From: an uncultured delta proteobacterium
Lineage (GTDB): Bacteria; Desulfobacterota; Binatia; Binatales; Binataceae
Length of the DNA: 64,000 nt
NCBI GenBank assembly: GCA_963842085.1
Contig: CAWJET010000001.1
Coordinates: forward strand, 672,001 to 736,000
Reading direction: 5' to 3'
The notes beneath the pieces are model-generated. The model made no database searches. It was not told where the DNA came from and saw only the letters and a program-made list of their open reading frames with translations. Within the stretch, counting starts at the first letter, position 1. Each line of letters begins with the position of its first letter. The position numbers and the translations under genes were made by a program. Shown here piece by piece: positions 38,833-49,543 of the stretch.

Positions 38833-41265
38833 TCACTGGATGCCCTCCTGGAAGATGGTATCGCCGCTCTCTTCGTCTTTCCCGACCTGTGCGGGCGGCG
38901 GCGTCACCGCGATCGTCACCTTATCGATCATGCCGGTGAATTTGTTGTCGCCTTCTTTGTAGTCCTCGGTCACCGGCGTCGCGAGGTCTTCGCCAACGTC
39001 CTCGGTCTCATCGGCGGAAAAGACGAACGGGACGGTATTCTCGATTCGGCCCTCGGCCACCTTTTCCTCATTCACGTAGAGACGCCCGGTCCCTCCCTTA
39101 CCGACGCCTCCGCCGTCGTAAACGAATTCAAATCGCAGCGTGGCCGTGCCTGCCGGAACACGGTTGGGCGACTCAATCGTGTAGCGCTCCTTATTAAACC
39201 AGTTGTAGCAGTACTTGAGTTTGCCTTCCTTCATGTACAGGCTCCAGCCGGCGAACCTGCCGCCTTGGGCGAGAATCACGCCCTCCGCGCCGTCCTTAGG
39301 TATCTCGACCTGGGCGATGATGGTGTGTGAGCGATTCTTTATGTCGAGTGTCGCGTTTTCCATCATCGCGACCATTCCGGGATACAGTGTCAGCGACGTG
39401 CGGTCGCCCATTAATGATGGCCGGCCCGCCAACGCCGGAACCGCGCGTTCCGCCGCGCGGTCATCCAGCGGCAAGGCGTCGTATTTCTCAGCCTGGGCAA
39501 GGAAGAGTTGCTGAAGCTCCTTCAGCTTACCTGGGTATTTCGCCGCGAGGTCCTGCGACTGGCTGAAGTCGTCGTTGGTATTGTAGAGCTCCCATTTATC
39601 TTCGGTGAATTTCGGCAGCTTGACCATTCCGGTTTCCCACGGCGTCCGATGTTTCGTGACCGCGGTCCAGCCGTTCGAATAGATGCCGCGATTCCCGAAC
39701 ATCTCAAAGTATTGCGTGGTGTGCCGGGTTGGGGCCGCGGCGCTGGCGAAGGTGTAAACCATGCTCACGCCTTCCATCGGCTTCTGCTTGATGCCGTCGA
39801 CCGTTTTCGGCTGCGGGAGCTTCGCCGCCTCGAGGATGGTCGGCGTAATATCGATCACGTGATGCCACTGGGTTCTGATGCCGCCCGCATCCCTGATGCG
39901 CGCCGGCCATGAGATGACCATACCGTTGCGCGTGCCGCCGTAGTGTGAAGCGACCTGCTTGGTCCATTGGAAGGGTGTGTCGCCCGCCAGAGCCCATCCT
40001 ACCGGGATATGTGGAAACGTCATGGGGCCGCCTATCTCGTCGAGTTGCTTGACCACGTTCTCCGTCGTGTCAGAAACCCCATTAAGTGTCGCGATCTCAT
40101 TGAGCGTGCCCGTGAGGCCACCCTCAGCGCTCATCCCGTTGTCCCCGGCGATATAAATCACGATGGTGTTGTCAGATTCTCCGATATCTTTGAGACTGTC
40201 GAGCAGTCTGCCAACTTCGTGGTCAGTGTATTCACCAAATCCGGCATAGTTCTCCATCAGGCGAGCCGCGACGCGCTTCTCGTCGGTGCTGAGCTCATCC
40301 CAGTGCTTGACGCCTGGCGCCCACGGAGCGAGCTGGGTTGTATGGGGCACAACCCCCAACTGCTTCTGTCGCGCGAGTGTCGCCTCCCGGTACTTGTCCC
40401 AGCCCTCATCGAATCTGCCCCGGTACTTGTCGCGCCATTCCTTCGGGGTGTGGTGCGGCGCATGAAGCGCGCCGGGCGCGAAATAGACGAAAAAGGGCTT
40501 ATCGGGCGTCATCGTATGCTGAAAACGCATCCAAGCGATCGCATGGTCGGTCATATCGGTCATGAAGTTGTAGCCAGGCGTGTGTGCCGGCTCAACGACC
40601 GTTGTGCCGTCGTAGATCAATGGCGCCCACTGGTTCGTCTCACCGCCAAGGAATCCGTAGAACTTCTCGAAACCGTCGCCGATCGGCCACTGTGTGAATG
40701 GTCCTGAGACGCTGACCTCCCACGCCGGGGTCTGGTGCATCTTGCCGAAGGCCGCCGTATTGTACCCATTCATTTTAAGAATCTGGGCGATCGTGGCGGC
40801 CTCATTCGGCCTGATCGACGAGTAGCCTGGCGCGCTGGTCGCGAGTTCAGTGATCGCTCCCATGCCCACCGAGTGATGGTTGCGCCCGGTGAGTAGCGCC
40901 TGGCGGGTCGGCGAGCAAAGGGCCGCTGTATGAAACTGCGTGTAGCGCAGCCCGCTTTTCGCGAGTGAATCCAGCGTGGGCATGTTGATGCCGCCGCCGA
41001 AGGTGCTCGGCGCACCGAAGCCAATATCATCGAGCAGAATTACGACTACGTTGGGCGCACCCGCGGGCGGCCGCAGTGGCTCGATCGGCGGAAACTTCGC
41101 GTCGCGCGCATCCAGCGGAATTTTGCCGGGATACTTGTAGTGCATGTCCGGTATCGGCAATTGAGTGCGATCGATTTGTTGAGCGTAGGCGGGAAGCACC
41201 CTCGCTGCGATGCCCAGACACAGACTAACTCCGAGAACCAGAACCAGTTTTTTCATCTTTGCCAT
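38833..41265 (-). CDS. Exported arylsulfatase
   Basis: PNVVVILLDD, CSPTRQALLTGR formylglycine motif, GKMH, HAPHH, GDNG. Confidence 0.95.
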   Translation of the reverse strand: MAKMKKLVLVLGVSLCLGIAARVLPAYAQQIDRTQLPIPDMHYKYPGKIPLDARDAKFPPIEPLRPPAGAPNVVVILLDDIGFGAPSTFGGGINMPTLDSLAKSGLRYTQFHTAALCSPTRQALLTGRNHHSVGMGAITELATSAPGYSSIRPNEAATIAQILKMNGYNTAAFGKMHQTPAWEVSVSGPFTQWPIGDGFEKFYGFLGGETNQWAPLIYDGTTVVEPAHTPGYNFMTDMTDHAIAWMRFQHTMTPDKPFFVYFAPGALHAPHHTPKEWRDKYRGRFDEGWDKYREATLARQKQLGVVPHTTQLAPWAPGVKHWDELSTDEKRVAARLMENYAGFGEYTDHEVGRLLDSLKDIGESDNTIVIYIAGDNGMSAEGGLTGTLNEIATLNGVSDTTENVVKQLDEIGGPMTFPHIPVGWALAGDTPFQWTKQVASHYGGTRNGMVISWPARIRDAGGIRTQWHHVIDITPTILEAAKLPQPKTVDGIKQKPMEGVSMVYTFASAAAPTRHTTQYFEMFGNRGIYSNGWTAVTKHRTPWETGMVKLPKFTEDKWELYNTNDDFSQSQDLAAKYPGKLKELQQLFLAQAEKYDALPLDDRAAERAVPALAGRPSLMGDRTSLTLYPGMVAMMENATLDIKNRSHTIIAQVEIPKDGAEGVILAQGGRFAGWSLYMKEGKLKYCYNWFNKERYTIESPNRVPAGTATLRFEFVYDGGGVGKGGTGRLYVNEEKVAEGRIENTVPFVFSADETEDVGEDLATPVTEDYKEGDNKFTGMIDKVTIAVTPPPAQVGKDEESGDTIFQEGIQ

Positions 41266-41346
41266 CCGCTCCTCTAGCAGCAACCCAAACGAGAGACAGG
41301 CTCGTTCGCAGGTGCCGACGGTACACTACTCGTTGCCGAAACCTCG

Positions 41347-41535
41347 TCATACGCGCTCTACATCCGCGTTCTGCCAGGGTGATCGTGGTGCGGTAACGAG
41401 CTGGGTGATGCCCATCGCTTCGACCCGGGCAGCAGAAGTACGAGCCATACGACGCATCGCGATCGCCGCAGCAGATACCGAGGCGCCGTGTCCCACGGGA
41501 ACGCTTCGGTCACTCGGTGCGTAAGCCAAGTTGAA
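41347..41535 (-). pseudogene. Frameshifted fragment of an integrase-core (rve) transposase
   Basis: EAFPWDTAPRYLLR in one frame and TAPRSPWQNADVERV in another. Confidence 0.8.
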
Positions 41536-41541
41536 GTGGGT

Positions 41542-42279
41542 TCAGCGTCCCTTGTACACCGGTTTGCGCTTCTCGCGCGCAGCCCGCATGCCCTCGCCAG
41601 CGTCCTCGCTCTCGCGCACGGCACCGAGATCGCGAGTGGCACGTCCCAACAGCTCCGACGGGCCCTTGGGCAGAATCGATTCGGTGACGAACCGCTTGAT
41701 GGTGCTGAGCACAAGCGGCGCGCTTTCGGCGAGCTCGCGCGCCATCGCTACCGCCTCATCGACCTGCCGCCCGTTGGCGACCACGCGATTTACCAGCCCG
41801 ACCTCGTAGGCGCGCCGCGCGTCGAGCGTCGCGCCGAGCAGCATCACTTCCATCGCAACCTTGTGCGGGATGCGCGCGGCGAGCCCGGCGATCATCCCGC
41901 CGGTGAAGCCGAGGCGAGCCTCGGGATATGAGAACCTGGCGCTCTCGCTTGCGACGCACAGGTCGCACGTCATCACCGCGACCAGCGCGCCGCCGATGCA
42001 CCAGCCGCTCACCGCGGCGATGATCGGTTTGTCGGTGGTGATGCCCACGGTCGGGATGCAGCGCCAGAGCTCGGGCAGGTCGGTGAAATCGGCACCGGCG
42101 GAGAACGCCTCGTCGCCGGCGCCGGTCAGTACCGCGACGCGCTGCCCGGAGGCGTCGAAGGCCGCGAAGGCGGACTGCAAATCTATCGCGACCTGCTTGT
42201 TGATCGCGTTGCGGCGATCGGGGCGGTCGATCGAAATGATCGAAACGGGGCCTTCCTGGCGGACTTCGACGTCGCTCAT
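41542..42279 (-). CDS. Enoyl-CoA hydratase/isomerase family protein
   Basis: AFSAGADF, KPIIAAVSGWCIGG, PEARLG. Confidence 0.9.
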   Translation of the reverse strand: MSDVEVRQEGPVSIISIDRPDRRNAINKQVAIDLQSAFAAFDASGQRVAVLTGAGDEAFSAGADFTDLPELWRCIPTVGITTDKPIIAAVSGWCIGGALVAVMTCDLCVASESARFSYPEARLGFTGGMIAGLAARIPHKVAMEVMLLGATLDARRAYEVGLVNRVVANGRQVDEAVAMARELAESAPLVLSTIKRFVTESILPKGPSELLGRATRDLGAVRESEDAGEGMRAAREKRKPVYKGR

Positions 42280-42449
42280 GCAACCGATGTACGAGAATCG
42301 CGGCGCGAGCGCAAACGCGTTTCAGTCCGCCGACATGATCTTTGCGCAGACCGCTTCCGCGATGACCTCGGCTCGCAGACCTCGAATGACTTGACATCGG
42401 CCCCAGAGCGCATTCGAGTGTCGGCTGAATGGCACCCTCATCCTCGCGC

Positions 42450-43361
42450 CTATTGTTCGCGGCCACGAAGAATCGCGGCCATCGTGGTCGCGTTCATAAT
42501 TCCGAAATTCTGGTAGCAGTTGTTGAAGATCACGTACGCACGCTTGACGCCTCGTTCTTCCAGATTTTGCAGACCTTTGGCGAGCGACTGAAGCTCGCGT
42601 TCGGAGTACAGGTATTTGAAGCGCTCGGCGGCCGTGATGTTCCGCTTGAACCAGCTGTCAAGATTCCTCCCGTGAAAGCGCATGTACACCTGGTCGCCGG
42701 TCGCCTCTACAAATGAGGGTACGATCGAATTGTCCGCGGGCGCATCGATCGAGGTGTAGTACAGACCACGCGATCGCAGGAACTTCATCGTCTCGGCACG
42801 CTGCCCTTTGCCGCGAACCCAGCTGGGATGGCGGAACTCGATTGCGATTGACGCCCCGGGCAGCCGTTCCGGAAGGCTCGCGAGGTAATCAAAATTCGAA
42901 GGCTTGGCGATGAAGTACGGCGGAAGCTGGAAAGCGACCATTCCGAGTTTGCCCGCTTCGCGCAGCGGCGCAATCGCACTCCAGAACATCTGGAACGCCA
43001 GATCGACGACCTCGCGGGAAGGCCTCGTCAGCCGGCGTTCCGCGCGTTGCTCAGCCGGCAACATCTCGCGCATCTCCTTGGGAAGCCGAGAGATTTCCGC
43101 CGCATGCTGCGTCATCAGCGCGAACGTCTTGATGTTGAAGAGGAACCCCGCGGGAGTGCGCTCCGACCAGAGCTTCGCATTGCGTTCCGAAGGCAGCGCG
43201 TAATATGTCGAGTCAACCTCGACTGTGTTGAACCGTTCCGCATAGAAGCGCAGACGCTCTTCGGCGGTGCGGACAGAAGGCGGATAAAACAGGTCTGAAT
43301 TGACCAGCGACGCGTCGGTCCAGGATGCCGTACCAATCCGAAATTCAACCGCAGCGCTCAT
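42450..43361 (-). CDS. DUF72 family protein
   Basis: IGTASW, VEVDSTYY, FQLPP, IEFRH, RFHGRN, FNNC. Confidence 0.92.
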   Translation of the reverse strand: MSAAVEFRIGTASWTDASLVNSDLFYPPSVRTAEERLRFYAERFNTVEVDSTYYALPSERNAKLWSERTPAGFLFNIKTFALMTQHAAEISRLPKEMREMLPAEQRAERRLTRPSREVVDLAFQMFWSAIAPLREAGKLGMVAFQLPPYFIAKPSNFDYLASLPERLPGASIAIEFRHPSWVRGKGQRAETMKFLRSRGLYYTSIDAPADNSIVPSFVEATGDQVYMRFHGRNLDSWFKRNITAAERFKYLYSERELQSLAKGLQNLEERGVKRAYVIFNNCYQNFGIMNATTMAAILRGREQ

Positions 43362-43581
43362 CCACGATAGTTTAACAGACCATCGGGACTCTGCGGGCGT
43401 TCTGCACACCGATTTGTGCCGATCTAGGTAGAATCGATGGGCCTATGATCTCCTGCGAAATTAGTACGACCGGGATGCCGTGCCGGTCGGCGTTTTCCGA
43501 TCGCTGTCATGCGCGAGCCGCTGGATACCTCGCCCGGCGCAGGTGAGGGCGCCGATACTTTGAGCGCTACGAAGCCGAGAC

Positions 43582-44748
43582 TCAGTATGAGCGCGGAAGT
43601 CCGAGAACGTGCTCGGCAACTGAATTGAGGACCATCTCTTGCGAGACGGGCGCGATTTTAGTCAGCCGACATTCGCGGAAATAGCGCTCAACATCGTAGT
43701 CGCGAATATATCCATAGCCGCCTAGCGTCTGCACTGCCCGATCGCACGCCTCGAAGCCTGCATCGGCGGCGCGCAACTTTGCGATGTTCGCTTCCGCGCC
43801 GCATGGTCTGCCGTGATCGAACAGCCACGCCGCCTTCAGCATCATCAGTTCCGCAACTTCCAGCTTTGAATACGCATCAGCCAGCGGATGCGCGATCGCC
43901 TGGTTCTGCCCGATCGGACGGCTGAACACGACGCGTTCTTTTGCGTACCGGACCGCCTTCGAGAGCGCCACGCGTCCCATACCGATCGCTTCCGCCGCAA
44001 CCAGGATCCGTTCGGGATTCAGCCCATCAAGGAGGCAGTGAAAACCGCGCCCTTCCCTGCCGACCAGGTCGCCGGCTGGAACCTTCAGGTTGTCGACGAA
44101 GAGCATGTTGGTATCCACCGCCGCGCGGCCAAGCTTGTGCAGCTCGCGCACCTCGACCGCGGACGGATCGAGATCCGCAAAAAACAAACTCATTCCGTCG
44201 GTCTTCTTCTCGACTTTCTCGAACGGCGTCGTACGCGTCAGCAGCAGCATCTTGTGCGCCTCGCGCGCCTTGGTCGTGAAAACCTTCCTACCGTTGATTA
44301 GATAACAGTCACCCTCGCGGCGAGCCGAGGTCTTGATGTGGGTGATGTCATTGCCCGCGTCTGGTTCGGTAATCGAAAACGCGACCTGGATCTCACCGCT
44401 CACCACTTTCGGCAAATAGCGGCGCTTCTGTTCGTCGGTTCCGTGAAAGACGAGCGGACTGACACCGAAAATTGAGAGGTGAATCGCGCTAGCACCGGCC
44501 ATCGCGGCACCCGACGCGGCGACTTCGCGCAGAACCAGAGCCGCTTCCGTGATCCCGAGGCCACTACGGCCGTACTCCTCCGGTATTGCGACTCCCAGGT
44601 ATCCTGCCTTCGCGACTGCGGCGAAAAAGTCGTGGGGAAACTCCGCTCGCGCATCGCGCTCGCGCCAATATTCGTCGGGATACTCCGCACAGAGTGCACG
44701 CACCTGCCGGATTATTTCTTCCTGGGCAGGCGTGAGTTCAAAGTCCAA
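43582..44748 (-). CDS. Acyl-CoA dehydrogenase
   Basis: FSITEPDAG, NGRKVF, LNPER, GGYGY. Confidence 0.95.
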   Translation of the reverse strand: MDFELTPAQEEIIRQVRALCAEYPDEYWRERDARAEFPHDFFAAVAKAGYLGVAIPEEYGRSGLGITEAALVLREVAASGAAMAGASAIHLSIFGVSPLVFHGTDEQKRRYLPKVVSGEIQVAFSITEPDAGNDITHIKTSARREGDCYLINGRKVFTTKAREAHKMLLLTRTTPFEKVEKKTDGMSLFFADLDPSAVEVRELHKLGRAAVDTNMLFVDNLKVPAGDLVGREGRGFHCLLDGLNPERILVAAEAIGMGRVALSKAVRYAKERVVFSRPIGQNQAIAHPLADAYSKLEVAELMMLKAAWLFDHGRPCGAEANIAKLRAADAGFEACDRAVQTLGGYGYIRDYDVERYFRECRLTKIAPVSQEMVLNSVAEHVLGLPRSY

Positions 44749-44785
44749 TTCTGTTCTCCGTGGAAGGCATTTGGGATTCGTTGTG

Positions 44786-45655
44786 TCAGAATTTTCGCGC
44801 TTCCACCGACGCGAGGACGCGGCGGGCTTGCTTTAGATGTGGCATGTCGAGCATCTTGCCATCCAGCGCCACCGTACCGACCCCCGCTGAAAACGCCTCG
44901 ACGACCCGGCGTGCATGTGCAATATCTTCGGCGGAGTGGGTGAAGGCGAGGTTGATTGGCTCTACCTGATCGGGATAGATCGCAACCTTACCGGTGAATC
45001 CTGCGCGTCGTGCGGCTTGCGACTCGCGCGACAACCCCTCGGAATCCCTGAAGTTCGTGTACACAGTATCGATCGGTTCAATCCCGGCAGCGACTGCAGC
45101 TAGCAGGCATAGCGATCGCGCCAACTTGTATGTGAACTCGAGCTGCCCGTCCTCGTCACGGTTGGTACTTGCACCAAGCGCCGCCGAAAGATCTTCGGCT
45201 CCCCAAGTCAGGCCCCACAGTCGATCGCTGCATCCGGCAAACCCGCCGAGATTGAACAGCGCTGGCGCGGTTTCGGTCGCAACCGCCATTACCCGAATCG
45301 AATCGGCCACGACGCCCTCGCGCACCTCCAGCGCGGACAAATAGTGATCAAGCAGCACCGCGTCCAACGCCGACGTGGTCTTTGGCAGCAGAATTCCATC
45401 GGGCGCGCCGCCAACGGTTGCCGCGAGGTCAGGGAGCGCCTTCTCGGTCGACAACGGATTGATTCGAACCCACAGCTGAGTACGAGTGCGATCGCGATGG
45501 CTGTCCAGGTATTCGCGCACCATCTTGCGCGCAGCCTCGATACGATCTGCGGAGACCGCGTCCTCCAGATCGAGCACCAGTGCGTCGGCGGCCGAATTTT
45601 CGGCCTTGGCGAGTTTGCGCTCGCTGTCACCGGGCACAAAAAGAAACGAGCGCAT
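44786..45655 (-). CDS. CitE/malyl-CoA lyase-like (HpcH/HpaI aldolase family) protein
   Basis: RSFLFVPGD, LDLEDAV, VRIN, GAEDL, GKMLDMP. Confidence 0.9.
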   Translation of the reverse strand: MRSFLFVPGDSERKLAKAENSAADALVLDLEDAVSADRIEAARKMVREYLDSHRDRTRTQLWVRINPLSTEKALPDLAATVGGAPDGILLPKTTSALDAVLLDHYLSALEVREGVVADSIRVMAVATETAPALFNLGGFAGCSDRLWGLTWGAEDLSAALGASTNRDEDGQLEFTYKLARSLCLLAAVAAGIEPIDTVYTNFRDSEGLSRESQAARRAGFTGKVAIYPDQVEPINLAFTHSAEDIAHARRVVEAFSAGVGTVALDGKMLDMPHLKQARRVLASVEARKF

Positions 45656-45657
45656 CG

Positions 45658-46113
45658 TCACTGCCTCTTGTTTTTTCGCATCAATGCCGAGCGTTTGCAG
45701 AATGCCACTTCCTGATCGCGCTGATTGAAGCACCGATGCTCGAACACGATGATGCCCGCATCCGGCCGCGACTTGCTTTCGCGCATCCCCGCAACGCGAG
45801 TCTGCGCCCTGAGGGTGTCGCCGATAAACACCGGGTTCGCGAATCTTACATCGGTCATGCCGAGATTCGCGATCGTCGTGCCGAGCGTCGTGTCGCCCAC
45901 CGACAATCCGATCATCAGACCCAGCGTGAAGATGCTGTTGACGATGCGTTGTCCGAATTCCGTGTTCTTGGTAAATTCCGCGTCAAGATGCAGCGGCTGC
46001 GGATTGTGCGTCAGCGCGGTAAATAGCAGATTGTCAGTCTCGGTCACGGTTCTGGTGATCGGATGTAGAAACACGCGGCCAACTTCGAATTCGTCGTAAA
46101 ATAGCCCGCTCAT
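45658..46113 (-). CDS. MaoC-family dehydratase
   Basis: RTVTETDN, NPQPLHLD, PVFIGDT. Confidence 0.92.
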   Translation of the reverse strand: MSGLFYDEFEVGRVFLHPITRTVTETDNLLFTALTHNPQPLHLDAEFTKNTEFGQRIVNSIFTLGLMIGLSVGDTTLGTTIANLGMTDVRFANPVFIGDTLRAQTRVAGMRESKSRPDAGIIVFEHRCFNQRDQEVAFCKRSALMRKNKRQ

Positions 46114-46220
46114 CGGCTACTCCCGGCATTGCGCGATTCCGGCAGGCTGGTCCGCCGGAAATTTTTCCAGATGCTCGGACACAATTTTGTGCCGCTCGAT
46201 TTGCGGAACGTGACTAATGT

Positions 46221-46664
46221 TCAAGCCCTGCGCAGCCGGACAGCATCTCCGACCTTAATCTTTCCGCCGGCGAGCACGCGGCAACTCACTCCGGCGCGCC
46301 AATCGGGCTCCAGAGCCTTGCGCAGCCCGGCTTGCTGGATATCCATCACACGGCACGGTGGATTCTCGCCCCCTATTTCCAAGAGCACGTCGGCGACTGA
46401 GATCACTGCCCCTTCTGTGTCGCGCAGATCTATCCCGCCCAATACGAGATTAGCTCGTCGTTTGGTCCAGGGGACTTCCATTCCAAGATCTTGGCACGCG
46501 TCGCGCCAGGAATCGGCGCTGATGACGGTCACCTGCCTATCCGGCACGTTTCCGTGACAGTCGCCCTCTACGCCTGCCTCGATCGTGACCAGCACTTCGT
46601 TCACTGTCTCCATTGCTTCGCGCGGCTTTGACCGCCTCGCGATGCCGAGCAGCTCTCCGTTCAT
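46221..46664 (-). CDS. MOSC-domain protein
   Basis: GVEGD, RQVT, RRANL, PCRVM, G.I.VGD. Confidence 0.85.
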   Translation of the reverse strand: MNGELLGIARRSKPREAMETVNEVLVTIEAGVEGDCHGNVPDRQVTVISADSWRDACQDLGMEVPWTKRRANLVLGGIDLRDTEGAVISVADVLLEIGGENPPCRVMDIQQAGLRKALEPDWRAGVSCRVLAGGKIKVGDAVRLRRA

Positions 46665-46724
46665 CGCGATGGTCGCCCTGTCCATGCGCTACAGTATTCA
46701 GCCACAGTTGGGGTGCGTCAATCC

Positions 46725-46872
46725 ATCAAGGGTTCGATAACGCGATTGGAAGCCTAAAGCTGTCGACCAAGTCTCTCAGCCGCTGCTTTGCATCTCCGAT
46801 CACAGATACCCCGTCGCCGACGAGAATTGTGTCGAAGTCGAGCGCAAGCAATTGCTGAAGGCTGCGCCGCCA
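46725..46872 (-). pseudogene. Orphan C-terminal fragment of a probable MBL-fold protein
   Basis: Reads RRSLQQLLALDFDTILVGDGVSVIGDAKQRL with an in-frame stop just upstream and no start. Confidence 0.45.
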
Positions 46873-47000
46873 ATCTTAATCCCGCGCGAGCGTGCGATTC
46901 CAACGCTCGCCCTAGCAGTTGGCAGCGGGCTGACACGCGACTATTGATACAAGACGCCCGCGTCGAGCAGGCGAGCATCAGACCAACGGGGAGAGAAATC

Positions 47001-47861
47001 ATGGGCAAACTCGAAAAGAAGGTTGCAGTCATTACTGGTGCGGCGAGCGGAATCGGCCGCGCCACCGCAATACGGTTCGCAGGCGAGGGCGCTGCAGTCG
47101 TCATCGCTGACCTCAATCGCGAGGGTGGCGAGGCTGCGGTGCGCGACTGCAAGGAGAACGGCGGCAGCGCAGTCTTCCAGCTCACCGACGTCTCTAGTGA
47201 AGAAAATATCAAGAGCGCTGTCGATCGCGCGGTCAAGGAATTTGGACGCCTCGACGTCATCTATAACAATGCCGGTCTGGGCGGCGCGGTCGGGCCGCTC
47301 GAGAAGACCAGTGCGGAAAACTGGGACCGCAGCTTCTCGATCCTGCTGCGCGCAGTATTTCTTGGCATCAAGCACGCAGTGCCTCAGATGCGTAAGACAG
47401 GCGGCGGTTCGATCATCTCAACCGCCTCGATCGCCGGACTGCGCGGTGCTGCCGGGTTACACGCGTACTGTGCCGCCAAGGCTGGAGTGATCAGCCTGAC
47501 CCGCTCGGCTTCGATCGAACTGGCCAAGGACAAGATTCGCGTCAATTGCATCTGCCCCGGACTTATAGCGACACCGCTGACGTACAATCGCATCCCCGGC
47601 GGCGAACAAGCCGCGACACAACTCTTTGCAGCGTTCCAGCCATGGCCGCGTGCGGGACGCCCCGAAGATATCGCGGCGATGGCGTTGTTTCTGGCCAGCG
47701 ACGACTCGGAGTTCGTCAGCGGACAGGCAATGGTGGTCGATGGCGCCGTGACGTCGGGAATGGGCGCGGGCAGCCTGGCGCGAGGCTCTCAAGCGGCGCC
47801 GCCGTCGCTCCTCGACGACGAATGGTCGGGGCCTTCATTCCAGATGAAGCGCCCGTCGTAG
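47001..47861 (+). CDS. Short-chain dehydrogenase/reductase
   Basis: TGAASGIG, NNAG, YCAAK, VNCICPG. Confidence 0.95.
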   Translation: MGKLEKKVAVITGAASGIGRATAIRFAGEGAAVVIADLNREGGEAAVRDCKENGGSAVFQLTDVSSEENIKSAVDRAVKEFGRLDVIYNNAGLGGAVGPLEKTSAENWDRSFSILLRAVFLGIKHAVPQMRKTGGGSIISTASIAGLRGAAGLHAYCAAKAGVISLTRSASIELAKDKIRVNCICPGLIATPLTYNRIPGGEQAATQLFAAFQPWPRAGRPEDIAAMALFLASDDSEFVSGQAMVVDGAVTSGMGAGSLARGSQAAPPSLLDDEWSGPSFQMKRPS

Positions 47862-48031
47862 GTGCATCATGACTCTTTTTCCACCGAGGGCATTTGATCA
47901 CCGCGCACGTCTTGGTGCTGAGCCGCAAGGCAATCGTGATGATAGAGAATCGTTCCTTCGATCACGCGCTGGGCTATCTCAGTCTTCAAGCTTCCGGATG
48001 TCGGTTTTGGTTGCTTAGCCCGATGGATACT

Positions 48032-49222
48032 TCAGGAACGAAGCATTTTCGGACCGAAGAAGGCCAGCCAAACCGCCGAGCCCACAATCCACACGGCGGC
48101 CGCCCATCCAAGATGAACGTAGTAGGTATTACTGGCGTCGGCTGCCAGCCTCGCGCTCAGAGCAATCAGGAAGGCTGCGCCCAACATAATCACGGCTAGC
48201 GGACGACCGAGGGCGAGTTGCTCCATGTTCAGATGGCTCATCACGACGTGGCTGCCCACTCCAAAGGCCAGCAAGCTGAAGCCGCCAATATAAAGGATGT
48301 GCATGGCTGGCACGCGATAGTCGGGCCAGATTGCCGAGGCAATCAATCCCACTGGCATGAGCCACACCGCCAGCCACACCAGCTTGCGATGCGCGCCCGG
48401 CTTGCCCGGGAGTCGCAGTGCGCCGCCACCGAATCCCAACCCGATCGCTACTACCATCGCGCGCAGCAGAGGGCCGCTTCGTTCAAAGCCATGCTGCTCG
48501 AGCAGCAAGCTCGCGAAGATCGCAATTCCGGCTGCTGCATATGCCAAGGCCTTCCAGGTTTCACGAGGCCCGGAGCCAAGGTCTGGAGGTGGAGGCGCGC
48601 CGCCCATGAGCGGCAGGACGAGACTGCCGATGCCGATCGCGAGGCAGAGAAATACGCCCTGCTCGACCAGCAGCACACCGAGATAGCCAGTGGATGGAAG
48701 CACGGCGTTCGCGTCGGCCGCGGCAATCAGGGCGGCGCCAGCCAGTCCCTGCAAGGCAGCGATCGGCAATAGCACAAAGGCGGCCGGCGGGCGGCGGCCC
48801 GCCTCGCCCGCCCGAAATCGACGCAGCGCAAACTGCATGAGCAGCACGAACAGCGCTGCGTACGCGATTTCGGCTGAAATCCACGAGTCGAGGATCGCGG
48901 CGCCAGTAGTCACCATCAGCGCTATCGCAAACGCTGCCATCTCCATTCGCCCAACTAGGGGTGATTGCGTTCGGCGCGGCAGCGCCGTGAGAAGAAACCC
49001 TATGGCAAACGCCATCATGAATGCCTGCATTTGCACCAGGCCGTGAAAGCGGCACGAGTAGGTCGCCGTGACTCCGGTGGCGTAAAGCAGCCAGTGGCCT
49101 ACACCGATCCATGCAAACAAAACGCCGAGCGGAAAAAACAGCCGGAACGGTTCGCTCCGCCAGCGCGAGATGGCCGCAGCCGGCGCGGGCGAAACACCTT
49201 CGGCATTTTCCAGCAGCGTCAT
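48032..49222 (-). CDS. nnrS: NnrS-family membrane protein
   Basis: PFRLFF, H...GFLLTALPR, HILYIGGFS, SH motif; multi-TM. Confidence 0.78.
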   Translation of the reverse strand: MTLLENAEGVSPAPAAAISRWRSEPFRLFFPLGVLFAWIGVGHWLLYATGVTATYSCRFHGLVQMQAFMMAFAIGFLLTALPRRTQSPLVGRMEMAAFAIALMVTTGAAILDSWISAEIAYAALFVLLMQFALRRFRAGEAGRRPPAAFVLLPIAALQGLAGAALIAAADANAVLPSTGYLGVLLVEQGVFLCLAIGIGSLVLPLMGGAPPPPDLGSGPRETWKALAYAAAGIAIFASLLLEQHGFERSGPLLRAMVVAIGLGFGGGALRLPGKPGAHRKLVWLAVWLMPVGLIASAIWPDYRVPAMHILYIGGFSLLAFGVGSHVVMSHLNMEQLALGRPLAVIMLGAAFLIALSARLAADASNTYYVHLGWAAAVWIVGSAVWLAFFGPKMLRS

Positions 49223-49308
49223 TGAATCTGATTGTCAACGCATTCGATTCAGTTTGCCAGAACGACGAAGTTTGAAGTGGATTCTGTTTCTGACTAGTTT
49301 CTTCTGCA

Positions 49309-49470
49309 TCAGGCTGCCAGACGTTCGTAGCGATGATGCAAGCCACCGACCTGGGGAATGGAGACGACTCTTCCGACCCTTTGTGGCGTGGTCGGGCGCG
49401 GCTGTGGGCAATCCTTCTCGAGCGAAAGATGGGTGCGGGTGCGTTTGTGGTTCCTCAAAACCTCATCCGC
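49309..49470 (-). pseudogene. C-terminal relic of an integrase-core transposase
   Basis: RTHLSLEKDCP...VGGLHHRYERLAA-stop. Confidence 0.8.
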
Positions 49471-49543
49471 GCGCAAGGAGACTCGGGAGACTGGCGGGAG
49501 TCTCGCGGAGCTTGAACCTCCCGGGGCCATGATGGAAGGCTGA

